NCBI GenBank assembly: GCA_003971905.1
Contig: RSEE01000069.1
Span: forward strand, 1 to 64,000
From: Moniliella sp. 'wahieum'
Lineage: Eukaryota
Length of the DNA: 64,000 bases
Reading direction: 5' to 3'
Part shown: positions 48,750 through 62,396 of the stretch, in pieces
Layout: each line of letters begins with the position of its first letter
Position numbering within the stretch: the first letter of the stretch is position 1
Program-made: the position numbers and the translations under genes
Notes under the pieces: generated by a model
Seen by the model: only the letters and a program-made list of their open reading frames with translations
What the model was told of the DNA's origin: nothing
The model's database searches: none

Positions 48750-50951
48750 CCAATGCCGAAACCAACCGCAGCAGCAGCCAGCCGCACGTGGCCGCCTGAA
48801 ACGTTCAACAACGGCGCGTCGGAGGGTGGTTGTTGGGTTGGTTGGGTGGCTCCAACCGAAGCGGCGAGCCGAGCGGGGGCTGCGTTCGGCTGGCCAGCCG
48901 CCATCGCTGACGGCTCGTCGGTCTTGCTCGCAAGCGAGGATGGCGTGGCCCGCCGCGGTGGCACGTGCCCTGGCTGACCCGGACAGCGTTCCTACCGACG
49001 CCGACTGGGCGTCGCTGGCATCGTGCATGGGGGTGGGCGGGGGTGCTGATGGGTCGCTGGCCACGGCGTTGGCCAGGGTGGCCGACGAGCAGGACACGTT
49101 TACGTCGGTGCGATCGTGGCAGGACTTGGTGCGCCGCTACGCGGCGCGCGAGGAAGGGTTTGGCGTTGGTGTTGGTTGTTGGTGTTGGTGGTAGTGTTGG
49201 TCTGTGCGGATCGTCATTGTCCCACCCAGTCGCGTACCCGCTGATGGGGGTGATGCCTACCCGTGGCGCTGCCCATCCCACCCTCTCGCCCACTTGCACC
49301 AGCAATCCTCCGCCGCACCAGCACTGGCGACACGGAGGTCAGCATCTGCCCCCGGCAGCAAATTGCCGTTGTGCGTAACCGTGCGGGCACGATCTGGACG
49401 TTGACCTGCGCTCGGAGCAGTGGGGCAAGATGTTGTGGGGAGTGCCGTCCCGAGCTTATCGCGTACGATGACCGTGTCGGTGCAAGAGGACTGGATTCTG
49501 ATTCAACGCGTTGGTGTGTAACTTTGGTTGGGGCCTTGCCCAGTGTGCGCTGGTTTTGTTGTACTGTGGGCGTCGCGTACTGACGATTGTCGTCTGTGCC
49601 CAGAAGCCTTTTCTCCCTTTCGGATGCAGCTGGAGTGTACTCGCACGCCGACTGTCCGCGGGGGGAGTACTGCCACGTGCACAGTATCGCCAGTCTAGAT
49701 CTACTCAACACGAGCGACCTGGTCGAGGACCCTATCCCCCTTTCCCTCTCAGGCGAGCAATTTGTAGTTCTACGTCCTGATCATTCGCTCGCGCTCTTTC
49801 GTTTGGACCAATGTGACCCCATCCAGGTCGTCCAGGTAGCGGACGAGGTACAGAGGATGCTCACTGACGACGAGGACGACATGGCGACTGGAATCCGGTG
49901 CACGCTCCTACACCCATCTGCTTTGATGGCGCCCACACCGTCTTCCTTTCGGTGCCCGGAAACGTTGTGGGCGTGGACCTGGAGGATGGGAAAGTGACGT
50001 GGCGCCTGACGGACCTAGTGCCGCACTTGGCCGTTGTACAAGCTACCCCCAGTGCTCTGACGCCGTCAAAGCCCAAGCAAGAAGGTGGGCCGTGGTTGCA
50101 CCCGGTGGAACTGGTGCCTTCGCACCTGGCTGTCGGCGAGGCCCTTGGTACCGTACGTTCTCATTTGCTCCCTCTCCTAACCCCCCCCCCCCCTTCCCCT
50201 CCTCCGTCCATCTTACCTTTCTCTCCCCCTTGCAACGGGAGAGCAACGCGAGAAACGAAGGCGATGAAAACCAACACTAACGATGAGCCAACTTGGCCAA
50301 TAGGATCCGATGAAAATCCAACACGAAGGCGCCTCGCTCGTTCTGGCCACGCCGAGCAGGCTAGTGATTGTACCCCAGCTTTCTGTGCGCAAGGGCACAT
50401 TGGTACAGCTTCCTCGACGCTGGTCCCGTCCACCAGGGACGCAAGCTCCCTTCCACGGCCCATCGCCTTCGCTCTCCTGTGGTGTGAGTGTGGCTGGGTC
50501 GCGCGTGCTGTGGCTCACGCCGCTCGCGCCGCTTCTTCTGGGTTCGGAGAGGCGGGGGTGAGCGGGGTGGATCTGTGGATGGGCGCGGGGTGTGGGACTG
50601 GAAGGGAAGGACGAGGGGGTACGAGGGTAATCGCTCACTCTCCTCCGTCCCTGGTCAGCACCAAGACTGGGCACCGGTGGCCGTATTGACCCGGAGCGGG
50701 GCGTACTTGTTGGGCACGTTACGGGGTCGGGCAGCGGGACCGGACGACCCGGTACCGCAAGCGAGTCAATGGTTATGTGGGAATTTGGTTCGAGCGCGGT
50801 ACGCGCCTTGCAGTTGGGTACGCAGCGGCACTTGCGAATGTGTATCGTGGACGAGGTGAATGCGCCTCCACCTGCCCGTCTCCGACGCCGGGCTCGCTCC
50901 CGCCCCCGCTCCCGCTCCCGGTCTCGGTCGCGTAGGGGTTCGGATTCGTGA
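48750..50951 (+). CDS. Hypothetical protein, possibly beta-strand/propeller-rich; frameshifted
   Basis: Overlapping + ORFs with short beta-strand-like blocks (FVVLRPDHSLALFRL, VFLSVPGNVVGVDLEDGKVTWRL, VAVLTRSGAYLL, VMWEFG). The start is uncertain. Confidence 0.5.
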
Positions 50952-51771
50952 AGGAGCGCGAGAGTGGGACTCGCTGCAACGCAACGTAACGCAAAACAAC
51001 ACAACGCAACGGAAGTAAGGAGAGGGAGAGGCAGGTGGGGCCGTTCCTTCGCTAGACCGATTCTGTACGCTCCCTCGCCCACACAGGAGTGGGCTTTCCC
51101 ACCCTGGATGAACCGATCCCCGGTGATGTCGGATGTGGATACCGGCGGACCGAGGAATATTAGACAGGTACTATAACCTGTAACCGATAACCGGCAAAAT
51201 CCTGCCTGGACGAAGTCGGTACCATACATCAGTATTTTTAGGAATGTCACCGGTACTTCGCAACGAGCCCACGCGAGCCCATGCGGAAGAAAGAGGCTTA
51301 AAGGTTAAAACCTGACCTCGACTGCTGCCTGTGAGTGGACTATTCACTAGGGACAAGTCACTAGGGACTGGGTGCGGTTCGTGCCGGATTCAGATTCGTC
51401 AAGCAAGGTGATACATATGAACGGGAAACGGGAAATGGGAAACGGGGAACGGAGAACGAAGAACGGAGAACGGGACCCAAGAAAAGCGAACAACACATCT
51501 TGCCTAGGGAGAGGAAAGGGGAAAGGGGGGAAGGGGGAAGGGAAGAAGAAAAATACAAAAGGAATGACAAAATGGAAATGGAAAATGGGAATGGGACGAG
51601 TAACGGGGGTGGGGTTCCGGGGCCGGGGTAGAACGATATTGTGGGTGTGGGCGTGGGCGAAACGGTACACCCAAACAGAACGAGAACGAGAACGAAACCA
51701 CCAAGACAAGACAAGACCAAGACCGAACCCAAACCGCGGAGGACGCGGATCGCAACACACCCACGCCCCAA

Positions 51772-54700
51772 TCACGACGAGAGCGCATGGACCGTACGAT
51801 CAAAGTCGGTAGCCCAGGCGGCTGCGGCGGCCGGGTCAGGGGCCGAGAGGTAGTAGATAGATTTGTGGTCGCGCAAACGGAGTGTGTTTCCTGTACGACC
51901 ATCTGGGTGGGGAGATGAGGTCGATGAGTGCGCGTAGGGTAGGCGTACTGGCGCCGAGGGGGAGAACGGGTCGTCCGGGGCAGAAGGAATGGAGTGGCGG
52001 CAAGGTGGTTGATGGGGAAGTAGAGGGGGGAGTAGAGGGGGATGGACTTGGATTTGGAATTGAATTTGGAATGGAGTTGGAGTTGAGTTGGAATTGGGGT
52101 GGGCAGCGGAGGCTGTGCATGGCCCGTGCCAAGTGGGAGGAGGAGAACCAGAACGTCAGAACAGAGTAACAAGGTGACGTGGGCCGTGACTTCCTCTTGC
52201 TCCAACACGTCCACCTTGATAGGTTCCTGGGCTGGGCTTATCTGTCCCTGTCCCTGGCCCTGTCCCTGGCCCATCGCCTGAGGCAGAGCCGGAGGCCGCA
52301 CGTACGTCTGGCCCGACCGAACAATCCTGCGGAGGAGGAGGCGGCCATCACGGACCAAGCGGCGGTGAGGCTGGACAAGGACACTCAATCGACCAGGAGG
52401 TAAAGACCACCTAACCTCTCTTGCCATGCGCACAAGCGGCGTTCGAGTTCAGCTTGCCGTTTCGCCTCGTTCATGCCATTTGCCATACGGAGGATGGAGG
52501 CCAAAGCGGCGAGGACAGGGTGGGCCGGCTGACCCTCGTCCGTCATCTCGGGCGGGATGGAGCGTAGCAGTCCCTCGAGCATGAGACGTAGCGCGGGATA
52601 CGCTGTACAGGCAAGAGGAGGTAACTGTCCAGACCGAGCGAGGCTGTGCGTGGGTCCAGCTGCGCTCGTTTGAGTAACTTGTGAATCGCCTTGCGCTGGG
52701 TGAGCGGGACCTCAGTCTCAGCCCATGCCAAGGGGGCTGAAGAGCCAGTGCTAGAAGGACCTGGGATGGACGTGCCGACGCCCGGACTGGGACCGAGACT
52801 GCGCTTACGCAGCGTGCCCGTCGCTGCGAGGTAGATTTGGACTTGAGCGTGTCCATGCCGCTAGGCACGGGCTGGTACCAGAGAGCTACGATCCGCTGTG
52901 CTTCGTCACAGTGGTTGATAAACGTAGCGTACATGCGGAGGAAGGCGGCATGGTCAACAATACCTTGGCCGCTGCGATGGCCGCTTCCAACGACCCGTCC
53001 TCCTCTGCCTCGGACGCGAGCAGAGGCGCAACAGCGTGCTGCAAGGCGGGCAAGAACCCCTCCTGGTGAAAGTGAAGCAACGACTCGACATTGCCAAATA
53101 CAGTGCGCATCTGCGCTTGCGTACGGCGACTTGTCCCCCTGGAGCGGGGTGTAAACGTCGACCAAAGCCTGGAGGCCCTTGACGTAGGACACTTCCGAGC
53201 TCAACAGTTCAATCAAGATCTTTCGTCGTCGTTGACCATCGGCCTTGGCCAAGGAACGTACATGGGCCACATGCGCCGCCACCTCCGGTCCGTTGGCCAT
53301 CATTGCAGGCCCCAAGCCCATTACGGGAATCGCGCCCTGGGCAGCCACGTCGTGCGCACCGGGCAACGACGGGTCGCGGGACAAGACGGTGCCAACCTCG
53401 TCTCGAGCGAGGAGGAAGAAAATGTCTGGGCCAAGTGAGGTCGTGAGGCCTGCGGGGACCCCGGGGCACTACCAGGCGAAGTTAATGGGCATCCTAAATC
53501 CTCCAGGTCGCGAAGGTACCGCATCAAACCCTGCAATTTGAGTTGGTGGTCCTCCCTTCTTCGCAGGGCAACCTCGCGCTTCGTCCGAGGTGGTGAGCTG
53601 CTGCAGGGCAGTTGCGAGCAGACTCAAATCGGGCAAGCTCGTGCGCCGGTCCGGGGCAGGACAGGGCACACTGTCGTACATTGGACCCGAAACCACCCGA
53701 TGACGCGAAGGTGTGGGCGGAGAGTTGCGGGGGCGACATGCCCAGTTCCGAACCGACGTTACCCCCCACGACAGAGTCTCCACCATCGAGCCATCGGGAT
53801 CGGCATGTGGCGGGTCGGAGAGAGTTTGCTGGGCCGCCTGAGTGGCGGTAATCGACGTCCAATCGTATCTTTCGTGTGTGCGCGGGTTTCTCGGCCGCAG
53901 GATGAAGAGGACCATTTGCGACTGGGCCGAACCAGCAACGGGGGCTTGGCGTGGGGCTCTTGGGGCGGGAAGGGGATTGCGGCAGGCAAGTGCAGCGAGG
54001 TGCCGGTACCGGTGCAACCATAAGAACCCAGCGAGGGAGACGTTCCCATAGACCCGGCTGTTGTTCCTGGGCTGGATGCGAGCAGAGAGCCTTGGCACGA
54101 CGAGAGGGAAGGTGGGAGGAGGAAGTGCGGCCGAGGAGAGGATGACCGATGAGCGGCGAGAGAGGGGCGGTGCGGATTCCATCACGGGGGATCAACATGT
54201 CCATCCACGGCTCGAGGAAAGGGTTGCCCTGCATGCGCAGGAGGGAGAGACGGGCAGTACGTCAGCCAGAGGCGGGGGCTGGGTCAGGCTATTGTTGGCC
54301 AAACTGAGCGAAGAAAGATGGGGCAATGAAGCCAGAGACTCAGGGATCTGCGTCGCGCCCGTATCGTCCCAGATCAAGGTTCGCAAGCTGGTCAGCTGAC
54401 CGATCCAGGCGGGCGGGGTGCCGAGTGGGTTGCCCGAGACGCGGAGCTCGCGGAGCGAAGTGCACAGAGCAAGGCTGCTGGGCAACCGGGACATAAGGCA
54501 GTCACTGACATCGAGGGTCAGCAGGTGAGTGGCCATGGTAGGCAGCACCACGTCCAGCAACTCCTCTAGCCGCGCATCGTGGGTCCCAGGGATATGCATG
54601 TGCTGTACCGGGCCATCGCGTGCGGTGTTGGCCAGTGCGACCGCCACATCGCGCACCGACTTGCCCTCGAGATGCAACGTGCCCGCGCCTGGGGCAGGCG

Positions 54701-55434
54701 GAGGGCTGCGGATGGGGGCGACGATGGGGGAAGGTGGTCGGGGCTGGGAAGGGCATTGGGGTTCCTCGGGGTCCACGTGCTGGGCTTGATCGGGCTCGGC
54801 GTGATCGGGAGGCTCGAGCGTCATGCTCTCGTTGCTCTGCTCCGACTCGTTTCGGGAAGGCACGCGTCGTTCGGAATCCGTCTCGTCTGCCTCGTCGTCA
54901 GCGACCATGTCGAGGGCAGATTTGCTCTCGGCCTCGTCGTCAGCGACCATGTCGAGGCCACAAGGGGGGGCTCGCACCGAGCCAGCTCGGGCAGGGGCGG
55001 GCGCTCGAGGTCGAGCGAGGGCTGTGTGGCAGAGGTGGCGGTACTGCGTACCGTCCAGATGGAAGCGCGGGAGGCGCGTGTGGAGGAGCTGTAGCGGTTG
55101 GAGCCGCTGGGGCGAGGAGGCGTCGTGGTGCGTGGCTCGGGGCAGCGGGGGCAGCGGGGCGTACATGAACGCACGCGGGTCGGTGGGCGCCGGCAGCGAG
55201 GTGCGCACGGCGGAGGAGGGAGACCGAGGCTCGCGGGGACGGGATGGGGGACAGCGGCGGGGCGAGCGGGGCGAGCAGGGCGAGGGGGCGCGCGGGGGCG
55301 GGGCGGGCGCAGAGGGACAAGGTGGTCGTCCTGGGCAGGCAGGCGGGGAGACGAGGGGGCAGTGGCGGCGGAGTGGAAGGACTGGTTGCTGGCGGTGGAC
55401 ATGGGCCCCAGGGGAAGAGGACAGAGGAGGCCAT
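51772..55434 (-). CDS. Leucine-rich-repeat + RhoGEF (DH) + PH-like domain protein
   Basis: LRRs LLTLDVSDCLMSRLPSSLALCTSLRELRVSGNPLGTPPAWIGQLTSLRTL..LSSLSLANNSLT. DH motifs RRKILIELLSSEVSYVKGLQALVDVY, VFGNVESLLHFH, FLRMYATFINH, LDSYLLLPVQRIPRY, MNEAKRQAE. PH-like start LVQPHRRLVRDG. Ends are approximate. Confidence 0.88.
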
Positions 55435-57417
55435 GGGGAGGGCGGGGGGTGGTGGGCTGAGGGAGGGGGATGGATGGGGGCGGGCAGGGCAGCGAAGGTG
55501 AAGCGGCAGACGCAAGGGAGAGGGAGGCGTGCTCGCAGCTGCAGGTACGCCGGTGTCTCTGCTGGGTTTTTTTCCGGGTGGCCCTGTGCGGCTGGGCTGC
55601 GGTGTGCGATACGCGTGATGCGTGACCACCGCGGCTCCCGCACACGGGCGGGGTGCGTGGGCTGGGCAGCCCCTGGGGCAGCTGTCTTGGGCGGCGTGAA
55701 ACGGGGGTGAGCGTCACGCGTGGGGCGGCGACGGAGACAGCAACACGGGCGCCGTGCGGGGCTGATAAGCGCCGCTGCGTTTGCGCTTGGCTGGGCGGCG
55801 GGCGTGCATGCCACATGTCATGTCCGGTGCAGCGTGCAGGCGGGGGGCGGGGGGCGGGCGAGTCATGTGGTGGCTGCTATCGGCCGCCGCACGGGGGCAG
55901 TGCGCGTGCGCGCTTTGCAACGCTCAGGCACAGGCACTGGGGTGCGGTGCAGCTGTCCCGTGCGGTGCCACCCGCCCCCCCCTAAGCAGGGGGGTGCTCA
56001 GAGCCACATGCTGTCTGCAGACGCTGCCCCCCTGCGGCCCACTTGCGGCGCCACTGCCGCTGCGGCTGCCCTGAGCTCAGGCCTGACCCTGGCTGGCCCA
56101 AACTCCCACTCGCACTACGCATGGGCATGTGCCCGCACACGTGGCCCCTCTCGTTCCCAGCCCCACGCCTCATGCCCTCATGGCCTCATCCACCATCCTA
56201 TCCCCCCGCTCGCTCGCCCCTCGTGCTCTGACGTGTGAATGTGACATGTGATCCATTGATTATTGATTCGCGACGGCGACACAGATCCCATTTTCCAGAT
56301 TCAGATCTGGTATCTAATCTGGATCTTCTGGATGGCCGGGCCATGCTTTCCAGCAAAGCTTGATACTTGAATTTGAAATTTGATCCGCTCGCCCGCTGCA
56401 TCATCCATCCATCACCGGTCACCCGCGTCTCCATCGCAGGCAGGAGGCCAGCGCCCCCGTAGTGACTGTGAGGTACCGAATACGCCAAGAGCACGACGCT
56501 CTTCGAAGAACTCGCTCAGTAGCCAGCGTAGTCAACTGACGTGCTCCTGCTACCATGCTACCCCATCCTGCCCTCGCCACTTGTGTACTTGTCCTGCACC
56601 CACATGGCCTTGCCCCGACCGACCGACCGAGAGGGGAAGAGAGAGGGGGAGAGAGGGGGAAAGACCCCCGCAGTGAAAGTTTTCGGGGGCAACGTGGCGT
56701 GCTCTGGGGCGAGTGTTGCGCCACAAAAACACCTACGTAACAATGGCATCTGAATCTGAATCGCAAGTGGCAATATTGCAATGTTTGCGCTTAGCAGCCA
56801 CGTGGCCGATGGCAGACGCATACCACATCAGGCAGGTCCACCCCCTTCCCCACACCAGCCGTCCTCAGGGGGCGCTTGCGAGCATTCTCCAGGTGGGCGA
56901 CTCGACTTGGGAACATTGGTTGGTTGGTCGGGCAGCTGCCACAGTAATAGGGAACCAATGGGAAATGGGACAACAGCGGGCAGTGCAGCGCAGAGATCTC
57001 TGCCGTTTCTTTTTTCTTATTTGTCCAGCCCACCGCGCCCAGTCTGTGTTTCCTCCATCTCCTCAGACTCCTGGCTGGCTTGGTGCGCTGGCTGGGCGCC
57101 CTTTGCCTCGGAGCGTGGCTCTGCCCCGGCCCACCCACCCTTGCCCGTCCGACTGACCCCGTCTGGGCTGTCTCATCTGAGATCTGACTGCTATAGTTAC
57201 TCTACTACTAGCACCACACACACTCCACCACCACCACAGGGTGCCCTACTATATACTTTTGGTCCAACAAGCTTTTCCTCAGCGCTCAGCTGAGCTGAGC
57301 GCCGCTTGAAGCGGCCCCTTGGCGCTCCCTAACCCCAGCCCCTACCCGCCCTACAACGTGATACACCGCGGGTGGGAGCCCACCAGCAAAACGCAACACA
57401 ACACAGCCCCATAATTC

Positions 57418-59378
57418 ATGCACCACACCCTCTCGAGAGCCGCCACCCATCTGCCTGCCAATCCTTCTCTCTCCCTCTCGCCCGCCTCATTTGCCCCCGG
57501 GAGCATGCTGGCCAGCAGCGCTACTGTCCCGGCCCCAGCGCACCTGACGACGCTCGTTGCCTTCGTGCGCGAATACAGCGCCCTGGAACAAGACTATGCC
57601 GCCTCGCTCGCCCGTGTCGCGCAGCGCTACCACCGCCCATCTTGGCCCGCACCACCGCTGGTCCCTCGAGCCACCAATTGCCCCTGGCGCTAGCCCAGGC
57701 CGCCGAGGCGCACAGGCACTTGCACACCGCCCTCACAGACCAGGTACAGCTCATGCTTTCCGCTCCGGCACCTTTCGAAGCAGCTCCCGCGCCCGCCCTG
57801 GCCCTGTTCCAGCGCGCCTGTGATGCTGTTCAAGTCGCATCCCAACGAGCTGCGCGTAGCCATTTGGCAGCCCTGCTTGCCGCCGATACATCCTCTTCGA
57901 ACGATACGCCACCCATTGCGCCCGCTTGCCGGCACCTCACCTATGCCTCCTCCGCCATACGTCGAGCCTGCTCAGCGGCCAGCCGTGGTGGACGACAAGA
58001 CGGAGCAGCTACTCTCCTCTTCCCCTGCGCGACCTCCTGGCGACCTTCCCCCACTCAGTTCCCGTACCTGCCTTACCTCTGCCCCAGGATCTTGCTCGTT
58101 GTCCCGCCCGCCCAGCCACGTATCGACCACAGTCGACCTTCACGATCCCACCTCGCCCACTCGATCCTCCGTGTCGCACCGGCACAGACTGCGCGCGACG
58201 TTATCCTCTTTGTCGCTTAGCTCGGGCGCGGAAGGCACCGCGAGCGGGTCTCTCAAGTCCGTCTTGCACGTAGGCATGGGAATGGGAATGGGAATGGGAA
58301 TGGGAATGGGAATGGGCAAAGGCCGTGCCGACCGTTCGCCCGCTTCCGCAGGGTCATCTACCGCCCCCCCCATCGGCAGGCCGGGCGATCCTAGCTACCT
58401 CCTCTACGTCCACGTCCAGCTCTACCTGCGCTACACCCCTTTCTGGACGGAGGGGCGGTGCATGGGCTTCGACGGACACGTACGCTGGACCTTCTTTTAC
58501 CGAAGAAAGCGCAAGCGCGTCGGCCAGGGCACTTGACCAGGGCCTCGACCTCGACCTCAGCCTCGACTTCGTCCTTGGGCAGCAGTTCTCCATCGGAAAG
58601 TGGGCGCGTACGACGGCCAAAGCGAGCTGCGATCGAGCCGGGTGAGATTGGGTGGGAAGGCGTCGTGCAGCAGGACACGTTACGCCAGCTGTACCGTACC
58701 CCTGGCACAGGGTCGATCGAGACGCTTAACTTGGCGTACCAAGGAACCTGGACGGGAAAAGGACGTACAAACCGTCATGTGCTGGCCAATACCAATAGCG
58801 TGCGTGGTGCAGGGGGTGAGGGTGAACAGGCACGTTCGACCGCCACCGTCCGTTCAGCGCAAGATAAGGAGGTAACCAGTACCGACGAACCTCGTCCGTT
58901 CCTTGGTACCACCTTGGTCGGTGGTGCCAGTTCAGGTGTAGGTGCAGCCACTGCGGTCCCGCCTCCCCAACCTACGTTTCACGAGGAAGTAAGTTTCCCC
59001 CCCGGGACTAAGCCGAAGCGCCACGCCAAAGTACGTGGGCAACCTAGTGCGCCGCAAGTGGGCAAGAAGCGCAGTCTGCGACGTCCCTGGGCTGCATCGT
59101 CTAGTATCAGTTTATTTGGATTGACTACGAAGCAATCGTCCGACCCGTTCCAGTCCCCTTCTTCTGCTCATCCGTCCCCTTCTCCTTCACATTCTCATTT
59201 GCATTCTCCTTCGCCTTCTCAATTGCATTCACCTTCTCAATCGCATTCGCCTTCTCAATCGCATTCCCCTTTTGATTCGCACTGGGCCGCAAGTGCCCCG
59301 GAGGTTGCGCCGGGTGCCTCGTCGCGAAGCACAAGTCCCAGACCGACAAGGTGGGGCACTTCGTACGTGATCTACTGA
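57418..59378 (+). CDS. Hypothetical protein with an N-terminal F-BAR/FCH-like helical segment and a Ser/Pro-rich tail
   Basis: LVAFVREYSALEQDYAASLARVAQRY and LAQAAEAHRHLHTALTDQV resemble F-BAR helices 2-3. The rest is low complexity and frameshifted. Confidence 0.5.
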
Positions 59379-60756
59379 TCTAATGGGTGGTGTTCTGTGG
59401 TGCGAGACAGACGTGGGCTGGGCTAACGCTACCATGTACGTGTGTGTGTTTGTGTGTGTGACAACGATCTTGTCGGCCGCCTCTTCTCTTCTGGTACTAG
59501 TAGCTTGGCTGCCGAAGAGTCCTATGGAGCGTGCGGGACGGGTGGGCCGACTGTGCCAGCGGGGTTGTCCTCTGACCTTACGCACGCTTCTTCCTCCTCC
59601 TCCTCTATCCCGTTCCCGTTCCCATTCCCGTTCCCGCGCTCCGCCACCGCTTCATCCGTGTTGCGCTAAGAACCGGGGTTAATCTCGGTTGCATACATGC
59701 ACATTTGGAGGGAAAACGGTACACCGTCGTTTCCTATACTTCTACCCTCTTCTTTATTATCCCTCTACCCTCCTCTCTCTCTTCTCTTCTCGTCCTCTTC
59801 TCTATCAACGTGCACATTCTCTCTGGTTCGGGTATTATCCGTTGCTCTGTTTTGACTCTTTAACTTGCATCCGCTCATGTCCCCGCCTCCCCCACCTCCT
59901 CTCGGTTACCTCTTTTTCCATGTGTAGGGTGCTTGCTCCACTGACGGCCATGTATACCCCTGCATCTTTTTGTTTTTGGTTTCTGTTCTTTCGGTACGGG
60001 CGTCCCCTCTCTTTACACGGTTTCTCTCACTCTGCAACACTTTGGTTCGCGCGTTGTGTTTCTCCTTTGTCTGCTTGGTGGGTTGTGGCTGGTCCACGGC
60101 CCACGGCCCACGGCCCACGGTCTCCAGTTTAGACAACCCGGTTGATTGTTTGAAATGGCAAACCTCCATTCTCCGCTCCACTCCACACCCTCCTTGCCCA
60201 GTTGAAATGCTGATCACGATGAGTCCCCTGCTTGAAGCTTGGAGATGGAAGCAGGAGTTGGGGAGTCTGAGCGGGGAGCTGGGCAGGCGATATCCCACGA
60301 TGGGCCAAGCGAGTACATAGATTGGCCCTCAGCGGCTGAGGCTCAGAGCGTGTGGCGTGGTGCGGGGCTGAGGATGCGGAGGATGCAGCGGACGGGCGGT
60401 GTGGCCGCGCCCGTTCCGCCCGTTCCGCCGCGCACGGACCCCCGCCACCGGCCCAAGCCAATACTAATACCAATAGCGACGTCCCTCCTCGGCCTTGGGG
60501 AGGACCTCAGGCTGAGGCCTGAGGCGTGGGACCCGGGAGCGCACGGCTGCGCCCTGCTGCGCCCTGCTCTCGTCGCAATGCACCGGGGATAAGCACCTAA
60601 CGCCCGCTGCTGTGGCTGATGGCTGATGCATGATGAACTTCCCATTGCTGCGCCTGCTTTCTGGCCCCACTTGCACCTCTCCCCCACCCCCCTCCCTGCT
60701 TCTCCTTCCCCTCCCCACACCACCCGCACGCACCCACTCCACCCACATCACCCAGC

Positions 60757-62396
60757 ATGGCCGACGTACTTGTGATTGGATCTGGCTGGGCCGGGACGTA
60801 CGCGAGCCTTCTACTCTCGCGCAGCAGGGCAAGAAGGTGGCTGTGCTGGAAGCGCGGGACCGGCTGGGAGGGCGTATGTTCACCCATACCTGGACGCCCG
60901 AGAGCATTACCTCCTCCTGATCCTGGGGTGCGGAGCGCGCGCACTGCGCCCTCGGACCCAGTGGCGTACAGCACTCGATTGATCTTGGTGGTGCTTGGGC
61001 TCATGGGTTCCACGAAGGTTCCCCACTGCTCAAGTTGGCCGCTCAGTACCAAGCGCCGATCGAGGTGGCCAAACCAACGGCTGCCAAGATCGTTGCCCCC
61101 CAAGGTACGTTGAATTGTCTAGTCATCTCTTTTCTTTTTCTCTCCCTCTTGTCTTTCTGGCTCTGTGCGGCACAGGCGAGGCGGGAGGAAGCTGGGACGA
61201 CGGGTACAGGCTGAAGGGTGAACTGACATGTGGGACGGCTCGGCAGGTGTGTTGGACGATGAGGTAGCGGCTCGGTTGCAAGGCAACCTGGGTGCGGCGC
61301 AAGCCGCAGCGCAAGCGGTAGCATCTGACACGCCATCGGGCGCATCGGCTACTGTGTCACTGGCATCGTTTCTACTTGGAACCGAGTCGCCTCTCTACAC
61401 GGGTCTGGCGGGGGAGGAGAAACAATGGGCGTGTGACCTGGCGCGTTTGATGCAGGTCGGTCTGGGGATCCCACTGGAAGAAGCAGCGCTCAAGTGGACT
61501 GGGTACGAGAAGAATTTCGCTGGGACGGACGGGACGCCCGTGGGCGGGTTCCAGGTCCTGCATGGCAAGTTGGTCGAGCATGCGAAAGCGTTGGGGGTTG
61601 AGTTCCGCACAGGCGAGGAAGTGACCAAGATTAGTTTGGTGCAAGAAGGTCCAGCTGGGTCCGAGGTGCATGTGACAACGGTCAAGGGAACGTATACGGC
61701 TCCCTCGGTGTTGGTTACCATTCCCCTTGCGGTGCTTAACGTGGCGCCGCACCTGTTTGAGCCCAAGTTGCCCGAACGTCGGCAGCAGCTCATTAGCCAG
61801 ACCAAGGTCGGTACTCTCAACAAGATTTTCCTGAATTACCAGCAGCCGTGGTGGCCTTACCCCGAGGCAGGCACGTTCATTGTTCTGCCCACTGCGCATG
61901 GCCCGTTGGACGCTACGTCAGTAGAAGTGTGTTGTCGCATGCGACTGCGCTTGTGCTGTCCCAGTCGGCGCCTTCGGGCCTGGCCGACCGCACGCCTTCG
62001 CTCTTTATCCTCGTTGGCGCCGAGCACGGCAAGGCACTGGAACAATTCGATCTTGCCACCCTGACCGCTGGTGCGCACACGTACTTTGCCAAGCGACTTG
62101 CTGGGCCCACCGCCGCCTCGTCCATCCCTCCCCCGGTGCACTCGTTCCGTTCCGCATGGACCTCCCACCCGTTCACACGCGGCGCTACCACCACGCCCAT
62201 CGTGCTCGGATCCGGCTCGCCACTTGACTTCCACGAGCTCGGCCGGTCCCTCTGGGGTGGCGCTCTGGGCTTTGCTGGCGAACACACCGATATCGATCAC
62301 CACGGCTCGATTGCCGGGGCGTTGCTGAGTGGCGAGCGCGAGGCCAAGCGCCTAGGCTCCTTCTTTGAGGTGCGCACGTTGCACCAGAAACTGTGA
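60757..62396 (+). CDS. Flavin-containing amine oxidase (polyamine oxidase/FMS1-like), intron 61105-61246
   Basis: FAD-binding VLVIGSGWAG..VAVLEARDRLGGRMFT, IDLGGAWAHG-like segment, VLVTIPLAVL, LNKIFLNYQQPWW, WTSHPFTRGA, GFAGEHT..GSIAGALLSGEREAKRL. Confidence 0.92.

Noticed and set aside
13849..59378. Functional cluster of cytoskeleton/polarity genes (Rab11, tubulin, CK1, Sfi1, RhoGEF, F-BAR-like)
   Set aside because: They are interspersed with unrelated housekeeping genes over 45 kb, with no evidence of co-regulation.
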